From: Bacteroides sp. CAG:709
GTDB lineage: Bacteria; Bacteroidota; Bacteroidia; Bacteroidales; UBA932
Length of the DNA: 64,000 nucleotides
Direction: 5' to 3'
Assembly (NCBI GenBank): GCA_000434935.1
Contig: FR882195.1
Location: forward strand, 32,326 to 96,325
Below, one piece after another: positions 1 through 9,253 of the stretch. A model generated the notes under the pieces. The model made no database searches. It was not told the DNA's origin and worked only from the letters and a program-made list of their open reading frames with translations. Each line of letters starts with the position of its first letter. Within the stretch, counting starts at the first letter, position 1. Both the position numbers and the translations under genes were made by a program.

Positions 1-809
1 AACCGCCTGTCCTTTCCACTGATGCCGTTCAGCCGGTGCAAGTGGCTTATAACCGGCGCGTGCGTGTGACTTGCCTGGTCACGGACCCGGACAGCAAGGA
101 CTATACGTATGAACTTACTGACCCGAGCGGTGCGGTCACACCTGTGAAAGAAAAGGGCAAACTGCATCTGGACATCTTCAACTACAAGCGTACTCCTGGC
201 TCTTATTCGCTGCATGTTACGGTTTCGGACCGTTTCGGCGCATCCGACTCGGCAGACTTGAGATTCGATCTGCTGCCGGATCAAGCCCCGGTTGTCGTCA
301 ATGCCTTTGCTCCGGTCTATCTCGGCTCAATGAAGGAAACCTCCGTATTCCTGCCGTCATCTGCATTTGAAGATGAGGTCCCCGAGACCGTAAAATACAG
401 TCTGTCCTGCGACAGGTCAATGCTTTTCCTTCAGGAACTCCCTTCAGGAGAGTTCAGCATAATGCCTCTTAAATTCGGTCGGTCGGAAGTTGAGGTAACT
501 GCTGTCGATGAGGGCGGAAATGTCTCGCAATGTACTTTTGCCGTGCTCTGTCGAGATGATTCCCGCGAAGTCGATTTGTATCCGAATCCTGTCAAGGATA
601 TCGTGCATATCCGTATGGGAAGAAATGTGAAAGGACAGGTCAATGTCTCTGTGTATGATGCCGCAGCGAGGCGTGTACTGACTGCTGACGTGCAGATTGC
701 CCCGACTGAACCTGCTTCAGTGGATATGTCATCTTTGGGCGGCGGAAATTATACGGTCCGCATCTCCTGGGATGGAGGCTCACTTGTCCGCACAGTTGTT
801 AAATTATAG
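1..809 (+). CDS. 3' portion of a large secreted protein with a type IX secretion system C-terminal sorting domain (5' end lies outside the window)
   Basis: The reading frame is open from nt 3 to the stop at 809, with no upstream stop. The last ~80 aa contain a 'LYPNPVKDIVHIRMG ... YTVRISWDGG' pattern typical of T9SS type-A CTDs. The ORF-track start at 36 is GTG and probably internal. Confidence 0.6.
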   Translation, partial: PPVLSTDAVQPVQVAYNRRVRVTCLVTDPDSKDYTYELTDPSGAVTPVKEKGKLHLDIFNYKRTPGSYSLHVTVSDRFGASDSADLRFDLLPDQAPVVVNAFAPVYLGSMKETSVFLPSSAFEDEVPETVKYSLSCDRSMLFLQELPSGEFSIMPLKFGRSEVEVTAVDEGGNVSQCTFAVLCRDDSREVDLYPNPVKDIVHIRMGRNVKGQVNVSVYDAAARRVLTADVQIAPTEPASVDMSSLGGGNYTVRISWDGGSLVRTVVKL

Positions 810-822
810 ATTTTCATGTGCT

Positions 823-1812
823 ATGAAACCATCAGGACTCAATAATATATTGGCAATCTGCTGCGTGGAATTTTTCTGCCTTGCCACCATCACGGCCGCA
901 GCTCAAGAAACAGGCGTTTTTATGAAAAACCCTGCGGATTCGAGGACAATGTCCCTGGCAGGTGCCGGGGTGGTATCACTCGATGATGTTTCTGTGCTGG
1001 ACAACGCTGCACTCTCTCCGTTCTCGCAGAATCGCTTTTCTGCCGGCTTTTCCTGTCAGTCGTGGATGCGTAACGTTCTGGGCGGAGGGATGTCATCTTA
1101 TTCAATGTCGGCAAGATACAGTTTCAGCAAGGCCGGGACTGTCTATCTCGGCATGCGCTCTTTGAAAACACCACCTTTCGAACAGACTGATGATTATGGC
1201 AATGTCATTGATGACACAGCCAAGCCTGGGGACATGGCTTTTGAAATGGGATATGCCCACAAGTTCTGTGGAGATTTCTCGGCAGCATTGACTGCCAGAT
1301 ATCTACGTCTGGACCCGGGCTATGGGAATGCTGCCAATGCTGTTTCCTTCGATGCCGGTCTAGCTTGGCGCCATATATTCAAAGGTGTCATGGAGGACAT
1401 TGCAGCAATCGCGCAGTTGAAGAATTTCGGCACGTCGCCGGATTATGGCTCAGGCCGCCGCAGCCTTCCATGGCTTGTCAATGCAGGTGCTTCAGCCGGG
1501 CTTCTGGCAGGTAAGCATAACCGTTTCCGCGCCGGTGCTTCCCTGGATATTTCCGTGGCGCCGACATGCGGCAGTCTGTCTCCGAGCAGGGGAGTCTCAG
1601 CCTCTTTCGGTGCCGAGTACTCATACCGCCGCATGGTCTATGCCAGAGGGGGCTATCATTTGGGCAATATATCTGCCGGTGAGCAGCGGTGGGCCTCTGT
1701 AGGATTGGGCTTCCGCTTCTGGCATATGACGCTTGACGCTGCTCTCATATTGACTCCGTCATCATCTCCTTTGCACGACACCGCCTCCGGAACACTCTCG
1801 ATTTGGTTCTGA
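823..1812 (+). CDS. T9SS-associated outer-membrane beta-barrel protein (PorQ/PorV/FadL-like family)
   Basis: ATG at 823 sits in frame inside ORF 697..1812, after the stop of the upstream gene. A signal peptide is followed by an 'ADSRTMSLAGAGVV..DDVSVLDNAALSPF' motif resembling the conserved N-terminal motif of the PorV/PorQ/FadL family. It lies directly downstream of a CTD-cargo gene. Confidence 0.45.
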   Translation: MKPSGLNNILAICCVEFFCLATITAAAQETGVFMKNPADSRTMSLAGAGVVSLDDVSVLDNAALSPFSQNRFSAGFSCQSWMRNVLGGGMSSYSMSARYSFSKAGTVYLGMRSLKTPPFEQTDDYGNVIDDTAKPGDMAFEMGYAHKFCGDFSAALTARYLRLDPGYGNAANAVSFDAGLAWRHIFKGVMEDIAAIAQLKNFGTSPDYGSGRRSLPWLVNAGASAGLLAGKHNRFRAGASLDISVAPTCGSLSPSRGVSASFGAEYSYRRMVYARGGYHLGNISAGEQRWASVGLGFRFWHMTLDAALILTPSSSPLHDTASGTLSIWF

Positions 1813-1879
1813 GAGTGGCATTATTGACGGCATCGGCGGCAGCATTGTCCCTTTTGATATCATTGACAGAGGCTGACTT

Positions 1880-3958
1880 TTGGGGGAAGCTTCCATTGGT
1901 GATGCGAATATTTTGCAAAATTATTTTCGTATATTGGACCGAAATAAGGTTGATCAGAAATATTATACGGAAAAAATGAAAACCTACAACTTGATTACAG
2001 CGGAACAAATTGCGAGGCTGGAAGCACAATCGTGCAGGTGCGAGGACTGGAACAATGTCCTTGTAGACCCAGAATTTGACACGGAGTACGTGAGAAATGT
2101 GACGTTCTCCGGACAAATCAAACTGGGCTCATTCAAAAAAATCTTCACATTGGCAGGGGGAATCCGGAAGCACAGCGGAATTTTTCACGCTACCCTCCAC
2201 AATGTCGTGGTAGGAGACGACTGCATGATCGAACATGTCCGGAACTACATTGCAAATTACGTAATCGGCAGCGGCTCATATCTGGAGAATGTGACGGACC
2301 TGATTACCTATGGCGAGACATCGTTCGGCAATGGAATCAAGGTCAATGTCCTTAATGAAACGGGCGGACGTGAAGTCATCATCCATGACAATCTGTCCTC
2401 CCATGAAGCCTATATATCAGCACTTTATCGACACAAACCGGCATTGACTGAAGCCCTCGACAAGATGGTCGGAAAATATGTGCAGAGCGTCACAGCTTCC
2501 TTCGGCGTCATCGGCGAGAATGTCGAAATCCTCGACGCGATGCATATTGTCAATGTCAATATCGGCCCTTATGCCAGGATCAAGGGCGTTTCACGTTTAC
2601 GTAACGGATCGGTCATTTCCTGCAAGGAAGACCCTGTGGAGATAGGCATGAACGTGATAGCCGATGATTTCATCGTGGAAAGCGGAAGCAAGATTACTGA
2701 CGGCGTGATGATTTCCAAATGCTTTGTCGGACAAGCCTGTGCCCTGGGGCATGGCTACAGCGCTTCGGAATCATTGTTCTTCAGCAACTGCCAAGGAGAA
2801 AACGGTGAGGCATGCTCGCTTTTCGCCGGGCCATATACGGTTACCCATCACAAGTCGACACTGCTGATTGCCGGAATGTTTTCATTCATGAATGCCGGTT
2901 CGGGGTCCAACCAGAGCAATCACATGTATAAATTGGGACCGATTCATCAGGGTATTCTCGAAAGGGGAGCGAAGACTACATCAGATTCATATATATTGTG
3001 GCCCGCTAAAATCGGCGCGTTTTCCCTCGTAATGGGACGTCATGTCAACAATCTGGACACGACTGATTTGCCGTTTTCGTATCTGATTGAGCAGCAAGGC
3101 TCTACCTATATCGTCCCTGGCGTGAACCTGAAGTCTGTCGGGACCATACGTGATGTCAAGAAATGGCCGGAAAGGGACAAACGGAAAGACCCGCACCGCC
3201 TGGACCACATAAATTTCAACCATCTGAGTCCGTTCACCGTGCAGAAGATGTTTGCCGGCATTGATATCTTGGAACGCCTCAAGGAGGCTTCAGGTCTGAG
3301 GGCTGACAATTATTCTTACAAGAAAGCGACAATCCGTAATGCGGCACTGTTCAAAGGCATCAAATATTACCAGACAGCTATCGTAAAATTCTTGGGCAAC
3401 TCGCTGATCTCCAGGATTCAGGATGCTGATATCAGTACGGACGAGGGGCTTCGTCTCGCATTGCGCAAGGATACTGCCGTGGGCTCCGGACAATGGGTGG
3501 ACATCTCGGGTCTCATCGCCCCGGCTTCAGAAATAGAAAGTATCTGTGATGACGTGATTTCCGGGAAAATAGCGGATGTCAATGTCCTTTCAGACAGATT
3601 CCTGGACATTTTCGCCCATTACTACAATTACGAATGGACATGGGCCCATGATGCAATCGAGCGTTATTGGAAGATTGATCTTGCCCGGATTACACGAAAT
3701 GAAGCCGCCGATATAGTGAAACAGTGGAAGAATGCAGTCGTTTCTCTGGACAAGTTGATCTACGAAGACGCCCGTAAGGAATTCGACTTGACGACCATGA
3801 CAAGTTTCGGTGCTGACGGCGACAAGACGCGCCGGGATGAAGATTTCAATGCCGTCCGCGGCGGAGGTTTCGATGACAATCCTTTCGTTCAGGAAGTCAT
3901 TGACCACATCCGCCGCAAGTCGGCACTCGGGGACGGCATCATTGCCCGTCTCAAGTAA
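1880..3958 (+). CDS. DUF4954-family protein (Bacteroidetes, ~690 aa, beta-helix-like)
   Basis: Long ORF with an N-terminal 'NLITAEQIARLEAQ..CEDWNNV' region recalled as typical of the DUF4954 family. An alternative in-frame ATG lies at 1976 (MKTYNLI..). Confidence 0.5.
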   Translation: MGEASIGDANILQNYFRILDRNKVDQKYYTEKMKTYNLITAEQIARLEAQSCRCEDWNNVLVDPEFDTEYVRNVTFSGQIKLGSFKKIFTLAGGIRKHSGIFHATLHNVVVGDDCMIEHVRNYIANYVIGSGSYLENVTDLITYGETSFGNGIKVNVLNETGGREVIIHDNLSSHEAYISALYRHKPALTEALDKMVGKYVQSVTASFGVIGENVEILDAMHIVNVNIGPYARIKGVSRLRNGSVISCKEDPVEIGMNVIADDFIVESGSKITDGVMISKCFVGQACALGHGYSASESLFFSNCQGENGEACSLFAGPYTVTHHKSTLLIAGMFSFMNAGSGSNQSNHMYKLGPIHQGILERGAKTTSDSYILWPAKIGAFSLVMGRHVNNLDTTDLPFSYLIEQQGSTYIVPGVNLKSVGTIRDVKKWPERDKRKDPHRLDHINFNHLSPFTVQKMFAGIDILERLKEASGLRADNYSYKKATIRNAALFKGIKYYQTAIVKFLGNSLISRIQDADISTDEGLRLALRKDTAVGSGQWVDISGLIAPASEIESICDDVISGKIADVNVLSDRFLDIFAHYYNYEWTWAHDAIERYWKIDLARITRNEAADIVKQWKNAVVSLDKLIYEDARKEFDLTTMTSFGADGDKTRRDEDFNAVRGGGFDDNPFVQEVIDHIRRKSALGDGIIARLK

Positions 3959-4075
3959 ATTTTCCGTATCCATGTGTCCAGTCGAATATCAGAATACATG
4001 GAGATTACTCCGACCATGGCATGATGATTGTCTTATCGAGTCTGCGTACAACATTGATTCTTATCCGAAAACCAA

Positions 4076-4759
4076 TTGATTATGAACAGAAATAAATTGA
4101 CGGCAGCAACGGTCGCATGCATTCTTATGCTGACCTTCAGTATCTCTGCAATCGCGAGAATTAAAAAACCTGTCATAGAACGCGGCATGACCAAACAGCA
4201 AGTGACAGCTTTGCTTGGTACCCCGTTGACATCCAGTTTCGATGAATTCGGCGACATCTGGATGTATGAAGAATGGCGCGGACCGTTTGTGGGTGGTTCA
4301 AACGTAAGGATTTATGTAATGTTCGATATGACTGGTAAAGTCGTCAGATGTGACGAACGGACAATTGAGTCCAACCGGCAGGAAGAAATCAATTCTCAGG
4401 TTTACTCCAATGGCGTTCCAAGAATAAATCAGCAGGTATATCCGCATGGACTGCACGGGCTGAACGATAGAGACTTTTCCACTTTATATAAAAAAGTGTC
4501 CGATGCCAGCTTCGATAAAGACAAGAAGGATTTGATAGAAGTGGCCAGCCTTGGCTGCTATTACTCATGCAATCAATGCGCGAAGATATTAAGCATCTTT
4601 TCGTTTGACGATGATAAACTAGCCGTGTTCAAGTTAATGGCTTCTCATATCATTGACTTGCAGAATATACATATAATTTATCAGCAGTTTACATTCGATG
4701 ATGCCAAAAAGATGGTCTCGGATATTCTGCAGTCAGAGTTTGCACATTACTCGCACTGA
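4076..4759 (+). CDS. Secreted/lipoprotein with C-terminal DUF4476-like domain
   Basis: Signal peptide (MIMNRNKLTAATVACILMLTFSISA). The C-terminal 'EVASLGCYYSCNQCAKILSIFSFDDDKLAVFKL' resembles DUF4476. Confidence 0.45.
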   Translation: MIMNRNKLTAATVACILMLTFSISAIARIKKPVIERGMTKQQVTALLGTPLTSSFDEFGDIWMYEEWRGPFVGGSNVRIYVMFDMTGKVVRCDERTIESNRQEEINSQVYSNGVPRINQQVYPHGLHGLNDRDFSTLYKKVSDASFDKDKKDLIEVASLGCYYSCNQCAKILSIFSFDDDKLAVFKLMASHIIDLQNIHIIYQQFTFDDAKKMVSDILQSEFAHYSH

Positions 4760-4878
4760 TCGACAGATTCATTCGTCATAAATCAGATATCCCAGCATTT
4801 CAGACGCCATTTCAGACGTAAAAATCCGCAACAGCCGCAGGTGTTCGTAACCATGTGGCTGTGACAGCCCATGAATCC

Positions 4879-7017
4879 CTAATTCACGAACACCATTTCT
4901 TTCAGCAGATGGTCTGCGCCGGCCAGCTTGTCTATGGTGAACAGGACATAGCGGATGTCAAGCGAAATGTTGCGGCAATAGTCAGGGTCGAATTCGATGT
5001 CGCTCATCGTGCCTTCCCATACGCGGTCGAAATTCAGACCGATCAGGTTGCCGTCCTTGTTTATCACCGGACTTCCGGAATTGCCTCCCGAGGTGTGGTT
5101 GGTGGCGATGAAGCATACCGGAACTGTCTTCTTTCCATTGTCCCCGGTTATCGCCCATTGACCGTAATCCTTGGCCGCATAGATGTCGCGCAGCCTCTGT
5201 GGAATGTCATAGTCGAAAATCTCAGGATTGTCCTTTTCCATTATTCCTTCGAGCGTCGACTGCGACTTGTAATATGTCCCGTCGGCAGGGGAGTAGCCGC
5301 TGATGCTTCCGTAAGCTACTCTCAATGTGAGATTTGCATCCGGGAAGAATGCTTTCTTCGGCTCGAACTCCATCTGACCTCTCATATAGTCCCTGTAAAG
5401 CAGAGTGATTTCACGGTTCAGGCGTTTCTCGTAAGGGTATACGTCGCTTGCATACCATTTCCTGAATTCATTGGCGAACCTTACCGCCGGATCAGCATAC
5501 ATTGTTGCCGTATCTGATGCCTGCAATTTCGCAACCTTGTCCGCATCCGTGAAGAGGGATTCTCCGAACAATGCATCTGCCCAGTTGCTTACGCTTCCGT
5601 ATTTCGCCAGCTCTTCTTTCATATACTCCGGATGGAACTCTTCGGGAACATCTTTAGCGAATGCGCTCATGGTCGCCACGAAAGACTCCTTGTCGATAGG
5701 AAGGTAATAATCCTTGTAGAATGCCTCCGACAATGCTGCCGCCCCTTCATTGTCGCCGCCGGCAAGCTTCTTCGCTACCGAACCCGCGAAACTGCAAAGC
5801 TCCACGGACGCGGCCGTCTCGCTGTAATACTCCCTGGCGAAAGTATAAGGTTCCAATGCTCCATACAATGAATCCAGGCGTGGCAGTATGGTGCTGTATT
5901 CCGTCCCCTCGGCCCACTTGGCAAATCTCTTTTCGTATTCCTGTTTTGCGGCTACGGTGCCCAGGCGGTTGATTCCCTTCATCTCGCCCTGCCACTTTTT
6001 CCATGCGTTGGCCACGCCGGCATTCTTGGAAGAGTACTGGATTCTGACCTTCTGGCTCTCGGACATGTATTTTTTCTGAGTGTCGAGCCTCATTGTCCTC
6101 AGTGCTATCTTCGCAGGGTCGGAAATCTCCGATACATATCTCACGCCCTCTGACATGATATATTCCTGGGTCCTTCCCGGAAATCCGTACACGAATGTGA
6201 AATCGCCTTCCTGAACGCCTCCGAGTGAAATCTTGAAGAATCTCTTGGGCGTGTATGGAACATTGTCCTCGGAATATTCAGCAGGGTTGTTGTCCTTGTC
6301 TGCATAGATGCGGAAAATGGAGAAGTCGCCCGTATGGCGCGGCCACATCCAGTTGTCCGTGTCGCCGCCGAACTTTCCGATGGATGAAGGCGGAGCACCT
6401 ACCAAGCGGACATCGCCGTATTCGCGGTAGAGGAACAGGAAATACTGGTTTCCGTAATACAATGACTCGACAGTAGCCCTAAGTCCCTTTCCTTCGGCTG
6501 TTACCTCTTTTATGAGCTGCTTGGAATTGACATTCACGATGGAGTCCCTTTGCGCTTCGGTCAATTCCGGGGTATATCCTTCGAGAATCACTGAAGTGAC
6601 GTCTTCCATCCTTTCCAGGAAACTCACGCTGAGCCCCTTGTTCGGCAGTTCCTCCTCTCTGCTCATTGCCCAGAATCCGTCCCGCAGGTAGTCGTGTTCG
6701 ACGCTGCTGTGCTTCTGGATCTGGCCGTATCCGCAGTGGTGGTTGGTAAGAAGCAGTCCTTCCGCTGAAATGACTTCACCCGTGCATCCGCGCCCGAAAA
6801 GCACGACCGCATCTTTCAATGATGCCTGATTCACGCTGTAAATGTCTTCTGCCGAGAGCCTGAAGCCCTTGTTCTGCATGTCCCCGATCCTCTCTGAAAT
6901 CAGCGACGGAAGCCACATGCCCTCATCCGCATAAGCCGCCGTTTCCGCAATGATTCCCATCGACAATGTCAATGTCAATGCTCCGATCGTGTTCCTGAAA
7001 ATTCCTTTCTGTGTCAT
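4879..7017 (-). CDS. S46 family serine dipeptidyl-peptidase (DPP7/DPP11-like)
   Basis: Signal peptide then 'DEGMWLP' and the C-terminal 'TGGNSGSPV' serine-protease motif characteristic of family S46. Start chosen at the MTQKGIF ATG (7017) rather than the upstream in-frame ATG at 7116. Confidence 0.75.
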   Translation of the reverse strand: MTQKGIFRNTIGALTLTLSMGIIAETAAYADEGMWLPSLISERIGDMQNKGFRLSAEDIYSVNQASLKDAVVLFGRGCTGEVISAEGLLLTNHHCGYGQIQKHSSVEHDYLRDGFWAMSREEELPNKGLSVSFLERMEDVTSVILEGYTPELTEAQRDSIVNVNSKQLIKEVTAEGKGLRATVESLYYGNQYFLFLYREYGDVRLVGAPPSSIGKFGGDTDNWMWPRHTGDFSIFRIYADKDNNPAEYSEDNVPYTPKRFFKISLGGVQEGDFTFVYGFPGRTQEYIMSEGVRYVSEISDPAKIALRTMRLDTQKKYMSESQKVRIQYSSKNAGVANAWKKWQGEMKGINRLGTVAAKQEYEKRFAKWAEGTEYSTILPRLDSLYGALEPYTFAREYYSETAASVELCSFAGSVAKKLAGGDNEGAAALSEAFYKDYYLPIDKESFVATMSAFAKDVPEEFHPEYMKEELAKYGSVSNWADALFGESLFTDADKVAKLQASDTATMYADPAVRFANEFRKWYASDVYPYEKRLNREITLLYRDYMRGQMEFEPKKAFFPDANLTLRVAYGSISGYSPADGTYYKSQSTLEGIMEKDNPEIFDYDIPQRLRDIYAAKDYGQWAITGDNGKKTVPVCFIATNHTSGGNSGSPVINKDGNLIGLNFDRVWEGTMSDIEFDPDYCRNISLDIRYVLFTIDKLAGADHLLKEMVFVN

Positions 7018-7201
7018 TCGGTTATTGTTTGATGTATGTTTTGTTTGATTGTTATGTTCTGCATGACGATATGAAGAACATAACACAAAGATAATCAAAT
7101 GCCGCCGATAATTCACAACCGTTGCGCGTTATTTGCCGCAAGAGTGACTGTATGATTTCCGCCACGCCTCTTTTCAATGCGTACCAGGGCAACAATAAGT
7201 A

Positions 7202-7320
7202 GGCGTGGCGCATAAGTCCTTACGTCATAGCGGATTAGCTACTTTCAGGGTTGCGGTTTTGCAAACTCTGAAAATGCCGAAATATCTAATAGCTAGCTAT
7301 TTACACGCCACGGCGCATAA
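7202..7320. repeat. Copy 1 of a repeated structured element: GTGGCGCATAA ... CGGATTAGC-TTTCAGGGTTGCGGTT ... AACTCTGAAAATGCC hairpin ... GGCGCATAA
   Basis: About 45 nt (7231-7278) are near-identical in arrangement to 46475-46522. The central imperfect palindrome is TTTCAGGGTTGC / GCAAACTCTGAAA. It is flanked by GGCGCATAA direct repeats at 7207-7215 and 7312-7320, plus an inverted CCGCCACGCCT at 7159-7169. Confidence 0.5.
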
Positions 7321-7420
7321 TTTCTACTTGTGCCAAACAGTTCACTTGCAAGTGAGGCATTTATTCTGATATGAATATCCCCTTGCAAGAAACCTGATTT
7401 TCGCTATCTTTGCAAAGATT

Positions 7421-7456
7421 TGAACATTTTGTAAGACAGATTTGAACATTTTGTAA
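7421..7456 (+). repeat. Left copy of a 36-38 bp direct repeat (TTTGAACATTTTGTAAGACAGATTTGAACATTTTGTAA) abutting the ATG of the ATPase gene
   Basis: Matches 8651-8688 with 1 mismatch and a 2-nt length difference (36 vs 38 bp). It is itself a tandem duplication of a TTTGAACATTTTRTAA core. Confidence 0.8.
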
Positions 7457-8655
7457 TGGAAAATCAGACATTTTACGTTAGGAAATACTACAATGATGTA
7501 TTAGGTAGAGTCAATGAGAAAAGGAATAAGATACAAGTGATTGTGGGCCCTCGTCAAGTTGGAAAGACCACCTTGATGGATCAAGTTCTGGAGAAGGTCA
7601 CGATTCCTTATACTCTAACGAAGGCAGATGGGGTTAATCCAAAAGATTCCAGTTGGATTCATCGTACATGGGAGTCTGTGCGTGGCCTGATGAGAATTAA
7701 GCATGAGCAAACTCACTTGCTTGTCATTGATGAGATTCAAAAAATTGATCAATGGAGTGAAGGTATCAAGACGGAATGGGACTGGGATACTCATAATGAT
7801 GTAAACATTAAATTGATTCTGCTCGGATCTTCCAGACTGATGTTACAGTCCGGACTTAAAGAGAGTCTTGCCGGAAGATTTGAATTGATTCGAATGGGAC
7901 ATTGGTCTTTCAAAGAAATGTCGGATGCGTTCGGATTATCATTGGAGGAATATATATATTTCGGAGGATATCCAGGCGCAGCTGGATTCTTGTCGGATGA
8001 GAGTCGTTGGAAACGCTATATTAAGGATAGCATAGCTGCTCCGGCAATCGAAAACGATATTCTTCAAACCAGCAATATTTACAAACCTGCTTTGATGAAG
8101 CGGTTGTTTGAACTTGGATGCAAATATTCGTCTGAGGAATTGTCTCTTACGAAAGTTGCAGGACAACTTCAAGATGAAGGGAATATCACTACTCTTGCAT
8201 CTTATCTTGATTTGTTGGACCAATGCCAATTAATCTCCGGGCTTCAAAAGTATGCTAATGATGATGCCCGCAAATATAATTCAAGCCCTAAATTCCAGGT
8301 TTATAACAATGCATTGCTGTCGGCCTTTCAACGAAAATCGTATGCGGCAGTAAGAGTTGATGCAAAATTATGGGGAAGATGGGTTGAAAGTGCTGTTGGT
8401 GCTCATCTTCTATCACAGGCTGAGGACGAAGATTTGAGGGTGTTTTATTGGCGTGAACGTGATGATGAAGTCGATTATATCGTGCAGTCTGATGATTCTT
8501 GCATTGCGATTGAAGTTAAAAGTGGGAGAAGAGGTATGAATAACGGATTGCCTAGGTTTACCGAAAAATTCAAACCTGCACATAGTTATATCATTGGCAC
8601 TGGTGGAATCCCTCTCGATGTTTTTCTTGCGAGTTCAATAATAGAGTTGTTTTGA
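7456..8655 (+). CDS. AAA-family ATPase with C-terminal PD-(D/E)xK-like DUF4143 domain
   Basis: Walker A 'VIVGPRQVGKTT' and Walker B 'LLVIDEIQ'. The C-terminal 'EVDYIVQSDDSCIAIEVKSG' fits a D..(E)xK nuclease-fold motif. This is the classic AAA_14 + DUF4143 architecture. Confidence 0.75.
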   Translation: MENQTFYVRKYYNDVLGRVNEKRNKIQVIVGPRQVGKTTLMDQVLEKVTIPYTLTKADGVNPKDSSWIHRTWESVRGLMRIKHEQTHLLVIDEIQKIDQWSEGIKTEWDWDTHNDVNIKLILLGSSRLMLQSGLKESLAGRFELIRMGHWSFKEMSDAFGLSLEEYIYFGGYPGAAGFLSDESRWKRYIKDSIAAPAIENDILQTSNIYKPALMKRLFELGCKYSSEELSLTKVAGQLQDEGNITTLASYLDLLDQCQLISGLQKYANDDARKYNSSPKFQVYNNALLSAFQRKSYAAVRVDAKLWGRWVESAVGAHLLSQAEDEDLRVFYWRERDDEVDYIVQSDDSCIAIEVKSGRRGMNNGLPRFTEKFKPAHSYIIGTGGIPLDVFLASSIIELF

Positions 8656-8688
8656 ACATTTTATAAGACAGATTTGAACATTTTGTAA
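8651..8688 (+). repeat. Right copy of the 36-38 bp direct repeat, overlapping the ATPase stop codon and immediately preceding the next gene
   Basis: TTTGAACATTTTATAAGACAGATTTGAACATTTTGTAA, compared with the left copy at 7421-7456. Confidence 0.8.
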
Positions 8689-8695
8689 AACGGAA

Positions 8696-8902
8696 ATGAA
8701 GATTGAAGAGGCGATTTTGTATGTTCTGGCTGAACGCAACGGCGGGTTGAGGACTGAACAGATTGCGGAGATCATCAACCGCAGGAGGCTGCATGTCAGG
8801 AAAGACGGGCAGCCGGTTACGTCGGCGCAGGTCTATGCCGTAGTGATGCGTTTCCCGGAAACATTTGTGAAGGCTGAAGGACGCATAATGCTGCTCATCT
8901 GA
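8696..8902 (+). CDS. Small putative winged-helix DNA-binding protein (68 aa)
   Basis: The ORF starts 8 nt after the right repeat. Its sequence 'LYVLAERNGGLRTEQIAEIINRRRLHV' looks like a wHTH. It is followed by a bidirectional hairpin terminator. Confidence 0.35.
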   Translation: MKIEEAILYVLAERNGGLRTEQIAEIINRRRLHVRKDGQPVTSAQVYAVVMRFPETFVKAEGRIMLLI

Positions 8903-8926
8903 AGTCTTGTTCCGGAAACGACATAA

Positions 8927-8960
8927 AGAAAGTCGACCGCATGGCGCGATCGACTTTCTT
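8927..8960. terminator. Bidirectional hairpin terminator between convergent genes
   Basis: Inverted repeat AAGAAAGTCGA-(13 nt)-TCGACTTTCTT. Confidence 0.5.
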
Positions 8961-8967
8961 GAGTTTA

Positions 8968-9147
8968 TCAGTCTTCCGGATATGGAGCGAAATCGGATTT
9001 CGATGCGCCGCATACCGGGCATTTCCACGAATTCGGGATATCTTTGAAAGGTGTACCAGGTTTTATCCCGCCATCGGGATCACCCTCAGCCGGATCATAA
9101 ATCCATCCGCATCTGAGGCATTCATACTTCATCAGATCTTTTGGCAT
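8968..9147 (-). CDS. Rubredoxin (59 aa; not in the ORF track because it is under 60 aa)
   Basis: Manual minus-strand translation gives [59 protein letters not shown]. This has the two CxxC...CPxCG rubredoxin iron-binding knuckles. The start may instead be the internal ATG at 9132 (MKYECL.., 54 aa). Confidence 0.8.
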   Translation of the reverse strand: MPKDLMKYECLRCGWIYDPAEGDPDGGIKPGTPFKDIPNSWKCPVCGASKSDFAPYPED

Positions 9148-9253
9148 AATATAATAGATTATTAGTTAATACGCTCGAAGTTAATCAATTATATAATAAT
9201 ATCAAAATTTAGAAGTATTTGAAACCTGCAAAAAAATGCTATCTTCGCGGTAA

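Noticed and set aside
4855-5517. 220-aa plus-strand ORF antisense to the S46 peptidase
   Set aside because: Shadow ORF. The S46 reading frame on the opposite strand carries the diagnostic motifs.
8591-9028. 145-aa minus-strand ORF from the track overlapping the wHTH ORF and the rubredoxin region
   Set aside because: The translation is non-protein-like (R/S/C-rich). It is out of frame relative to the clearly recognisable rubredoxin at 8968..9147, and it overlaps a plus-strand ORF and a hairpin.
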